Assembly: GCA_965655095.1 (NCBI GenBank)
Contig: OZ296653.1
Span: 76,508,001-76,572,000 of the forward strand
DNA: 64,000 bases
Origin: Haplodiscus bocki
Lineage: Eukaryota
Reading direction: 5' to 3'
Positions 12,932 to 23,000 of the stretch are shown here, piece after piece; the first letter of the stretch is position 1; the number at the start of each line of letters is the position of its first letter. A model generated the notes under the pieces. The model did not search any database, had not been told where the DNA came from, and saw only the letters and a list, made by a program, of their open reading frames with translations. The position numbers were made by a program, and so were the translations under genes.

Positions 12932-13507
12932 TCACTTGAGTCCTTTGTCTCTTCTGGTTTTGGAGAGTCGCTGTCTCTTGCTTCTGATCAGACGGATATC
13001 ACCACCGTAACTTCTCAGGAACGTAAGGGATTTTATTTCAAGTCTGTAGTCTAGATGGAATTCCTGGTATTTCGCGAGTAGCTTCTGGTCTTTCTGCTTC
13101 CGCTTCGAAAGGAGATCTTTCAGAAGATTGAGGACTGGGATACCGGTTACTGCCAGGTAGCTGTAGATATTTTTGGTACCCGACCGCTGACAGTAGACGA
13201 TGCCGCACAGACCTTTAAGGTTTTTGAGTTCTGATACCAGTTCTTCAGGGGACAGGGGGGGGGACGTGGGTCGACTGGGTGCTTCCCGATGGAGTTTATT
13301 TATGGCGTCGTGCCACAAAATAAAACCTTCGTCTGCTGAGACTTCGTTTTGGATTACCTGGACGAGTTTGTTCTGGGCTCTGCTCTGTCGATTTAAATGC
13401 AGTCCAGGGATTGCAATAAGGTTCGAATCGAATAGATGTCGTCGTTTACACCGTTTCCAGGCTTCGATCGCGTGATGAAGACTGCTTGCTCCGAGAATAT
13501 AAACCAT
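12932..13507 (-). CDS. LINE-associated ORF0, putative SGNH/GDSL esterase-like protein (191 aa) with basic C-terminal tail
   Basis: VYILGASS (block I-like, GDS variant), IPG (block II), ILWHDAIN (block III-like), EFHL (block V-like); same strand and similar base composition as the adjoining LINE; first ATG 13507. Confidence 0.55.
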   Translation of the reverse strand: MVYILGASSLHHAIEAWKRCKRRHLFDSNLIAIPGLHLNRQSRAQNKLVQVIQNEVSADEGFILWHDAINKLHREAPSRPTSPPLSPEELVSELKNLKGLCGIVYCQRSGTKNIYSYLAVTGIPVLNLLKDLLSKRKQKDQKLLAKYQEFHLDYRLEIKSLTFLRSYGGDIRLIRSKRQRLSKTRRDKGLK

Positions 13508-14596
13508 TAAGAGGCCACAACTGCTGCCTCTGACATGCAATAAACTGAAAAACTATTTAATAAAAAAACTGATGTGATTTGACTGAACGAAATCGCATAA
13601 AAAACGTTGACTAAATTATCAGCATCAGAATGCTTGCGTTGGGCTTCTGAGCTGCGAAGAACTAAAATTTCTAAGCAGGCACTGTGAAATAGTGCAGAAA
13701 CATATAATTCAACTCGTTTTATCATGTATAAAAGTTTCCGAAAACATTCTTTGAGGAAACTTGCTGGCGGAACTTCTGAGATGGCCTCTGCCACAGAGCT
13801 TACAAAATTATTAGTTTCAAACAAAATGTGTGTCCAACTAGACACGATCTGGGAACCGGCAAAAAAACATTCATCAAAGTCGAAGACAGATATTAATAAC
13901 AACAGAGGGTCATTGGGCACTTTGGCAGTTCAGCACATCAAAAATAAGTCTCTCAAAAGTATCTAGTTTTTTATACATAGAACTGCTAGGAAATTCGAGG
14001 CAGTGAATAAGGAGTGAGGTAGTGATGTGGCTCTTCAAAAATTCATGTTGATCAGGTGAAAATATTTTGTGATTCAAGATAAAGGAAGTCGAAAAACTGT
14101 TTTTCAGAAATGAAGAACACTTTTGAAGAAATGCTTCTTAGTCTATAAAATTTAACATTTGTAAAAGAGCTAGATTAAAGGATAGCAGTTGGTATAGAGC
14201 TTTTCCACTCGTAGCACCACCGAGTAGTTAACACGATCCGATGAAAAACGTACTAGATGGCCCAAGCACTGATGACGGAAAAAGTATTTGAAAATCCTTG
14301 GCAGAGCCATTAGAGAAGTGTTTCATTACTAATCGTTAATTTCAATTTATGAACTTGTATACGTTAATCTGTATCGCTTGTCATAATGTTATAAAATATT
14401 GTTCTCTCATTTGAATAGCAACTTTGTCTACAACGAAAAATTGGTAAAAATCTGAATATCTTGATTTTAGACCATGACATTACCTGCAATTTAGAGAATT
14501 TCTGCATGAAAGTCTTCGCAAAGAGTATTTGTATCTGCACCTGAATGGATGTTGCATAAAGCATGGTAAGGTTGTTTGTTTGTTTTCACCTTGAAA

Positions 14597-14907
14597 ATGA
14601 GCCAGAAAATGGCAGCGGAGAAGAGAAGGAAAAGTGCTGGAGGCAGTGGGTGGGGAGATCATGCAGTGGATGGGAGAGAGACGAAGAGGTCTGCCAGTGA
14701 CGGTGAGTCAGGTGTCTGAGTTCACTCTCACCTCGTTGGAGGTCAATGCTTTTGAGGAGCCCTTGATAAATTATTCAGCTTCCAGTCTTGAAGTGACGGC
14801 ATCGATAAATGACACACGTGCAAGTGACAAGGAACGGGACACGGAGTTGTCAATTTAGGAAGTTACAGACAGGGCCAGCGTAAGGCAGCAGTTGTGATGA
14901 ACCAGCC
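14597..14907 (+). pseudogene. Probable 5' part of ORF1 of an older L2/Crack-like LINE, cut by the Gypsy insertion
   Basis: Purine-rich coding-like segment starting MSQKMAAEKRRKS; continuous with 19189 onward once the Gypsy and one CAGCC copy are removed. Confidence 0.4.
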
Positions 14908-15077
14908 TGTGGTGATTTCATATTTTATTAAACTCTGCTCTTATAGCCTTTTCACCACTTTATTATGTTACATTTATTACATACTTCATAACCTGCTTTG
15001 TTTCAGTTGCTTGAAATGATGTACAATACAAACTCGATCTATTGTCTGTTTTGCTCAGTTTAAGCTAGGTCACGACA
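14908..15077 (+). repeat. 5' LTR (170 bp)
   Basis: tgtggtg...cacgaca; same as 19014-19183 except tattacatac vs tattagatac. Confidence 0.97.
15003..15008 (+). promoter_or_regulatory. Initiator-like TCAGTT; predicted transcription start at A15005
   Basis: Matches the metazoan Inr consensus TCA(+1)GTT; AT-rich tttatta about 30 nt upstream; complementarity to the primer site stops exactly at this A. Confidence 0.6.
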
Positions 15078-15079
15078 AT

Positions 15080-15091
15080 TTTCAAGCAACT
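15080..15091 (+). promoter_or_regulatory. Non-tRNA primer-binding site complementary to LTR 15005-15016 (self-priming type)
   Basis: tttcaagcaact is the exact reverse complement of agttgcttgaaa; 2 nt downstream of the LTR end; no TGG start as expected for a tRNA PBS. Confidence 0.8.
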
Positions 15092-15251
15092 ATACATTTT
15101 GCTGTTGCTTGTCCAAGGAATCTTCCTGCACTGTTGACAAAGCGTTTTCCTCATTCAAAGGATAATGTATTGCCTGACGGACTTTATAAGGTATAGTGCT
15201 CGAACGCGGTTATAAAAAAGATACATATTTGGGTGGCACAACTGAATCACT

Positions 15252-18200
15252 ATGGCAGACCCTGCCCCTTCCGCCAAATTCAATTTACATGCTCCAGTAT
15301 TCGATGGCGGCGATGCTGAAAGCTTTAATCTATGGTTGTCTCAGTTTCAGAGATATATACGCGTTACAAAGCCAGCCGAAGACGACAAACTCGATCTGTT
15401 TCTTCTCTGTGCTGGTAATAAGGCTGCTCAGTATTACAATGAAGTAACTTGGCCAGAACTTACCCAAGCCGAAAAAGATGCTGGTGTAACAGAGTTTTCA
15501 CGTGCTGTTACCTTCATCACCAACAAATTTGTGTCTGGCAAAAATATTCTGTCTGAAAGAATAAAATTGTATTCGGCCAAACAACGACCGAACCAATCGC
15601 TAACGGATTTTTTATCTGAACTGCGTCAGATTGCTAGTTATTGCAATTTCCCTACTGCCTTTGCTGGCGAAGCTTTGCGTGATGCATTTTGCCAAGGACT
15701 TGCGTCTGATGGCTTGAAAAGGGCTGTATGCCGTGCTTTTGCTACTGCGACAGCAAACAACGTCGCATTTACACTAACAAATGCAGTCAGTGCCGCAGAA
15801 GTTGAAGAATCTGCTTTACAAAGTTCTAGCCAGGCTGAGACATCTATATCCGTTGCAGCACAAAAGGCAAACTCACGAAAGAATCGTGGAAACACTGGAA
15901 ATGAATCCAGCAGGACTAACAATCCCTTACACAAAAATGGTAAAACCGTCCGTTGTCACTGGTGTGGATCTGCTGAATTACACGGTAAAAAAGAATGTCC
16001 CGCCAAAGACAAAAAATGCACTATATGTGGCCGTACTGGACACTTTGCTAAGGTTTGTCTATCAAAGTCCAAGGTATCTGCAAATAAAGTCGACTCTGAC
16101 AGTGATTTTGATTTTGTGGCGGGCGCTTATGGCTCTAAATATAGCGTACGCCGATTTACAGACGTCAGAATTAACGGACGCAACCAAAGCTTCCTTATTG
16201 ACTCTGGTAGTGACATCACGGTAATCACTGAGAAGGTCGCACATGACTTAAATTTACACTACACGCCGATACAAGCCACTGCTAAATGTATTTCTTCCAA
16301 TAAAATATCCCTGAAGGGTATTACAGACGTTACACTTTCTTTTTCGGGCGTGAAACTAAAGGAAACTGTTCATATTGCCGAACAACTGTGCGATCCGGCT
16401 ATAATGGGCACAAACGTTTTTTCAAAATTCAGATGAGTTACGATCAATTACGGCGGTAGCAATCCTAAAATCACAATTGCGTGTCAGAAAGTTGCCACTG
16501 ACAATTTACATTTTGGTTTTATTGACGTAGAACCTTTTGCTATTATTGTCTTGGAGCCAAACGCTACGCCAATTCGATGCCCATCAAGAATCAGATCCAG
16601 AGAGGATAATGAATTTATTCGCAAAGAAGTTACCAAATTGCTTAAACAAGGAATTATCGAACCCTCCAGCTCGCCCTGGCGTTCTCAAGTTGTTGTTGCT
16701 AAAAATAAGGATAAGAAACGAATGTGTATCGATTTTGCTTCCACAATCAACAGATATACAGTTCCAGATGCGTATCCTATTCCAGTTATTGAAAATTTGC
16801 TCCAGAAAGTCAGTAAATGGAAATTTTACTCCTATATTGACCTCCAGTCTGCGTATCATCAGCTCCGTCTGAAAGATGACGAGAAACACCTCACTGCCTT
16901 CGAAGCTAACGGTCGTTTATACCAGTTTCGCAGATTACCATTTGGTGTGACCAATGGTGTTGCTGCATTTCAAAGAGCTATTGATATGTTGATTGAAGAC
17001 TTGGAGGGCGTTGCTGCCAATATCGACGACGTCGTGGTCGGCGGCGAAACTCAAAAGGAGCATGATGAAGCTCTAGATAAATTTATGAGAGTCGCCGAGA
17101 AACGTGGATTGATAATCAACCGAAAAAAAAGCAAATTCAATACAACTGAATTGCATTTTTTAGGCCACGTCTTTAAATCAGGTAAAATGTACCCTGAAAA
17201 GGAACGTATGGCACCATTGCTTGATTATCCTATTCCGAAGACCAAAAAGGAATTGGATCGATTCGTTGGCCTAGCTGTATACTACTCAAAATGGATACCC
17301 TCCTTTGCTTCGGTAACAGAACCCTTATTTGCAGCTAAATTAAAGCCTACCTTTCCTCTAAATGCTAAAGCTTGTGAATCAATTAGAAATATCAAACAAT
17401 TGGTGTCTGAATCAGCTCTATGGATTCCCGACCGCCATAAACCGTTTCGGTTAGAAATTGATGCTTCTGGCACTGCTATTGGTGGTGTTTTGTCGCAAGA
17501 CGACCGCCCTGTCGCTTTTGTTTCTCACAAATTGAGTGAACAAGAAATAAACTGGCCAGCAGTTGAGAAAGAAGCTTTTGCGATTGTTTGGTGCATTGAC
17601 AGGCTCAAACACTTTTTAGTTGGTTCAAATTTTACGATTATAACGGACCAGAAAGGTGTTGCATACCTCCTTGATGGCAGACCGAAATCAGCTATCAAAA
17701 ATAATAAGTTATCACGATGGCGACTTTCTCTTGCAGAATACAAATTCGACGTGCAATATCGTCCTGGAAGTCAAAATTCCGTTGCCGACGCGATGAGCAG
17801 AATTGCCAACTTGTCTACCGACGATTTAGATAAACCATATATCTGTACAGAAATTGACACTGTTCTGGAACAAGCACACGACAAAATCGGACACCCCGGA
17901 ATTGCACGCACGTGTGAATATTTACAGCGTCACTGTTACATTCCAAAGCTCAAAGACAAAGTAACGAAATATGTTTCAAATTGTCGGATTTGTCTCGCGT
18001 TGAAACCAAAATTTTATTCCCCTCCGAAAGTGCCTTTGATAACATCAAAGACTCCATGGGAAAGATTATCGATAGATTTTGTAGGCCCCAAGCCTACAAC
18101 AAGATCTGGTTATACTTGTTTCCTAACTGTTGTTGACGAATTCAGCAGATTCCCTTTTGCTATTCCTATGAAAGATGCCAAAACAAGCAACGTTATCACT

Positions 18201-19037
18201 GCGTTAACCAATATTTTTACGTTATTTGGCCCTCCTTTATCTATTCACAGTGATCGAGGTGCTCAGTTTGAAAGCCACGAGTCTAACCTGTTTCTTGGTC
18301 GCTGGAACGTGAGAAAGTCACGCACCACTCCGTACAACCCCGCGGGTAACGGACAATGCGAGCGAACCAATGGAACAATTTGGAGAACTGTAAAACTCCG
18401 ACTGAAACAGCTGAACAAGAGCTTAGATCAATGGGATGAAGAATTGAATATGGCTCTAATGAATATCCGTACGTTAGCATGTCGTACAATTAATAATGAA
18501 AGCCCTCATAATCGCTTGTTTGCCTTTACGAGACGAACAGCTCTCAAAAACGGCGATTTACAAGATCATTATCTTGCTGACGTACCTGAATGGATGAGCC
18601 CTGCCTCGCCTGTTTACGTTAAGAACTTTGTCCGCAATCGTAAAGACGACCCACTGGTCCAAGAAGCTCGGATAGTGAAAGTAATTAGCCCACAACATGC
18701 CCTGGTTTCATACCCTCAAACAAATCGGGTTGATACGGTTGCTACAAAATATATCGCCAAATCGGTGGACCAGCCAGTAACGAGTCAGGAACCTCAGGCG
18801 GATGTCCCTTTAAACGATGAATACGACGAGGGTACATCGGAATTACCTCTCGTTGATCCCGGCCATATATCTGATACCAATACGGTCGAACATGACCAGC
18901 ATGCTGCTTCACCGCCGTCCTTTGTACAAGAAACAACTGACTCCAAACAATCGGCGACCGCTGGTTGCGCACTACGAAGAAGCACCCGCAGAAGAACTCA
19001 AAAACGGGGAGAATGTGGTGATTTCATATTTTATTAA
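15252..19037 (+). pseudogene. Gypsy gag-pol polyprotein in a single frame, one in-frame TGA at 16434-16436
   Basis: Gag with two Zn knuckles (CHWCGSAELHGKKEC, CTICGRTGHFAKVC); protease FLIDSGS; RT SPWRSQVV, LPFGV, NIDD; RNase H IDASG...EKEA...TDQ...VADAMSR; integrase HHCC plus SIDF...SDRG...GQCER; 16437-16550 is open in the same frame; stop lies inside the 3' LTR. Confidence 0.95.
19000..19013 (+). promoter_or_regulatory. Polypurine tract
   Basis: aaaaacggggagaa directly before the 3' LTR. Confidence 0.85.
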
Positions 19038-19183
19038 ACTCTGCTCTTATAGCCTTTTCACCACTTTATTATGTTACATTTATTAGATACTTCATAACCT
19101 GCTTTGTTTCAGTTGCTTGAAATGATGTACAATACAAACTCGATCTATTGTCTGTTTTGCTCAGTTTAAGCTAGGTCACGACA
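19014..19183 (+). repeat. 3' LTR (170 bp)
   Basis: Direct repeat of 14908-15077 followed by TSD CAGCC. Confidence 0.97.
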
Positions 19184-19188
19184 CAGCC

Positions 19189-19800
19189 TAATTGTTGTGA
19201 TAAATTTGATAGTTTCATATGATTTATGAAATGGGCCTACCAAAGCACGGCGAAATTCTGTGACAGACAATGAGATCAAAAATGACGGGTCAATGCATCT
19301 CCTTCAATTCACTGGCACTGGACCCGATGGCAAAGATTGGGTTGCGTGGACATCTATAAGATTGCCAAAGTGCATACCGAGGAACTTCATCGATCGCCCA
19401 TCTTTATGTGGTTTCTGCGGTGCATCGGGGTTCGAAGAGTGCAAAACATTTCCATCATCAAAAAACGCCGATATTACGAGATTTTGTGTACATTCGAAAG
19501 AACAGTATGGTCGACGTAACAACATTCTCATTTTTGGGGTTGAAGAGAATAATGGTTAGGATGTATATGAGCGTGCGGTAGAGGTGGCAAACGACATTGG
19601 AGTGACTTAATCCAAACAAGATATCAGTGTGTGTCATAGCCTGCCCCCCAGGAAACCAGGATCACGGCCGTTAATTGCAAGGTTTGTCCGACGTGAAACC
19701 ACTTTCCGCATTATGATACTTAAAGAAAAATTGAAAAAATCATCCGAAAAACTTTAAAATAATGATGATGTAACACTATTGCGGCAAAGTTGGCAAGAGC
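19189..19800 (+). pseudogene. Degenerate ORF1 (3' part) of an L2/Crack/Daphne-like LINE
   Basis: EQYGRRNNILIFGVEE...DISVCHSLP...SRPLIARFVRR...NDDVT, the typical RRM/Tnp22-like ORF1 signature, with stops; Cys/His remnants upstream suggest a PHD finger. Confidence 0.75.
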
Positions 19801-20059
19801 CCTTTGCCAGCGCCCCTACGCTGGTTTAATTGAAAACTGTGCTATTGTCGTGGCATTGCCAATCTTTCGTAAGAAATACGATGATACTGGAACTACAATT
19901 AAAGAATTTCTTTTTATTTATACTGAGAATAGAAGACAAGTTTGTTTGGAATTACCTTCAATTCAACTGAAAATGTCCAGTTTCTATGTTGACCTTCATG
20001 ATCAATTTGAAATTTTTTCATTTTCCCTAGATAAGGGTATTGTAATATGCAGTACTGTT

Positions 20060-23000
20060 AAGAGTGCAAAAAGGAAAATGGAAACCTCCCTGGTTTCTTA
20101 AACAAGTAAAAAAGCTATAAGTAAAAACAGAAAAGCGCTTTAGAGAAGTACCAGCTGCCTCGAATAAGACAAGACTCCAAAATTTTAGTCAAGAAACAAG
20201 TTTAACTGTTAAGGCAGCCAAATGTAATCAATTTTCAAATGTCTCTTCGAATAGTATGGTTGAATCAAAAACGTTCTATATGATGCCTAATGAAATGACC
20301 GGTAAAAGAAACGTGAAAACAAACTTCAATATTTTTAGTAAAAAATGAGACACCATAAACTCCACACAGCTAATGCCGTTTTCTTGGAAAAAAAACTTAT
20401 TCGACTTTGCAATTACTGTTGAAAGTCCAACCACAGAGGGCAATACAGAAAGTCTTTAAATTATTGATAATTTTGATGACGATTTGTTTGCAATCCCCAC
20501 TATTATGGTTGAGGTGTTTAATGCGGTAGGTATAATGAAATACCATAAAGCTGTTGGAAATGATGGAGTCTCAGCTGAAGTGCTCGAAAAATTGATTCCT
20601 GTGATTGTTTTCACTTTAATGAAACTTCTAATTCCATCTTTGCCACGCGGTTAGTTGCCGAAGTGTCGAAAGGATGCCAAAGTATATCCATCAGAAAAAT
20701 CGGGTGACATTGAGTTTGAATAACTATAGGTCGACTTCGATATTACCAGCTAATAATAAAGTGTTCAAGAAAATCATGTATAAAAATTTCCATTTCTTTT
20801 TGATTACAAGAATATGTTTTATCCAAAGCAGTTTGTTTTTTTTAGTAAACGAAGTACTATCGAAGCTGTTGCTGGAAATACAGAACAATTTAGCTAAGGG
20901 AGTACTGATATATTTACTTGTTTTTCGTTTAGGTTCCATAAAGCAAATGATTCCATCAATCATGAATTTTTGATATCTAAACTGGAGAAGCATAGTGTCG
21001 GAAGAAAATGTTTCAAATAGGTTGAATCCGTTTCAAAAGAAAGTCATCAGTGTGTTCAGGTAAATGTTGTACTTCCGGATTTCTTATACTTGCTAGTAGG
21101 AGCACAGCAGTGGTAAATTCTCTGGCTTCAAATGTTTTTAATTTACGTCAAGGATCTACCAGGTGCTTGTGATTTTCCTAACTCAAATTCTTTTGTTGAC
21201 GACAGGAATTTTATTTATCGTTTATCGTAAAGTATCTGATGTTCAATCCAAAAAAAGTCAATTTAACATATTCTCTATTCCGACAAATCCTGCTCCACTA
21301 GTCGCAATTCACTGCGCTACACAGGTGCGAAGCTGATTATTTGCCTATTACATGATTGGGTACAGTTATTCTTCCCCAAGAAAAAAGCGTAAAACACAGA
21401 AACACATACAACATGCACGAGTAGATGATCCAATTTAAAATACAATTCATCGTCGAGCATGCTCATCATGTGCTGTTAGTTTAATCGGTCCCCATTTCAT
21501 GCTTTGCAGTGTCCTTTCTGATCGTGCTATTTATATTATATATCTACATGTATTTTTTATTATTTTTATATATGTATAATTCTATATCTGTGTGTTTTTA
21601 AGGAAGCTCCTCATCGGAAAAATTGAATTGCTATTCTCATCCTTCTTACTTTTAGTTCAACTGGACACCCATGGCAAAAAATCGTCCCGAAACAAACCCA
21701 ATTTTGCACGGCTCATTAGTAACTGAGGGTTTGTTTCGGCAGACATGAAAGTGCAACGATGCAAAAAGAAAAAACGGAAACCACCCAGGTTTAACAACAA
21801 AGTTTAATATCGTATCAGTAAAAAAAGATTTGTATTGAATCACTTTACACAAACACCAACAGCTTCAAATAAAACCAGACACCTGAAAATTAGTCAAAAA
21901 GCAAATCTTTTTGTTGGGGGAACCAAATGTGATCAATTTTCAAAAAATTTTCCAGATTGAATGATATAACCAAAAATGTTCTATTAGACGCCTGTTGAAA
22001 TGACAGGTAAAAGAAGCGTGAAAACGAACTTGAATATGAATAATGAAAAAAGGACACCATAATTTCCCCTATAGTTCTTGCGGATATGTTGAACAAAATT
22101 TGTCGAGTTCGCAACTATTGTTGAAGTTCCAACCACACAGGACCTTATAGAATGTTTTGAAAAAATTGACATTATTGATTATAATTTGATTGCCTTCCAA
22201 AATATTATGATTGAGGTTTTTTTTGCGGTACGTACTGCGAAAAACCATAAAGCTGTTGGAAATGATGGTGTCTCAGTTGAGGTGCTTAAAGTATCGCTTC
22301 CTGTGATTGGTTTTATTCTAAAGGAACTTCTAAGTCTATCTTTGCCACGCGGTTAGTTGCCGAAGTGTCGAAAGTATGCAAAAGTTTATCCATCAAAAAA
22401 ATCGGGTGACATATTGAATATCAATGACTATAGGTCGACTTCGATATTACCAGCTATTAATAAAGTGTTCAAGAGAATCATATATGAAAGTTTATAATCA
22501 TTTTTTGATTACAAGAATATGTTTTTTGCAATGCACTTTGGTTTTCTTAAAAAACGAAGTACTATCGACGCTGTTGCTGAAATTACAGAACAAATTAGGC
22601 AAGGGAGTATTGACACTTTAAATGTGTTTTGTTTGAGTTGCATAAAGCAACTGATTGCATCAATCATGCAATTTTGTTATCTACATGTTAGAACTATAGT
22701 GTCAGAGGAAAATGTGTAACTTAGTTTGAATCTCTTTCAAAAGAACGACGTCACTGTGTTCAGGTAAATGATGTACTTCCGGATTTCTTGTACTTGCTTG
22801 TAGGAGTACAGCAGGGGTAAATTCTTTGGCTTCAACTGTTTTTAATTTACAAAAACTGATCTAGCAGGTGCTTGTGAGTTCCCTCACCCAATATCGTGTG
22901 CTGACGACACAGTCTTATTTTTAGTATATCTTAAAAATCAAGATGATTTGCAATTGTTGATCAAATTTTAGGAAATTTTTCCAAAATGGTTATCCATCAT

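Larger units (their letters stand above)
9025..13540 (-). mobile_element. Near full-length CR1/L2-group non-LTR retrotransposon with three coding blocks (ORF0, ORF1, ORF2)
   Basis: Contiguous minus-strand ORFs with esterase-like, PHD, RRM-like, APE and RT motifs; ~45-nt 3' UTR ending in a (CAA)n tail; 5' boundary uncertain and no TSD recognised. Confidence 0.9.
14908..19183 (+). mobile_element. Complete, recent Ty3/Gypsy LTR retrotransposon (Mag-like gag, no env, no chromodomain)
   Basis: Paired TG...CA LTRs; 5-bp TSD CAGCC at 14903-14907 and 19184-19188; gag-PR-RT-RH-IN order; polypurine tract before the 3' LTR. Confidence 0.98.

Noticed and set aside
13507-13966. 137-aa and 80-aa ORFs upstream of ORF0 as a possible fourth LINE ORF
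   Set aside because: No motif, non-ATG or antisense starts, and base composition shifts toward AT-rich flank
15638-18985. Antisense and alternative-frame ORFs within the Gypsy element (similar ones overlap the LINE)
   Set aside because: Shadows of long coding frames; no independent motifs
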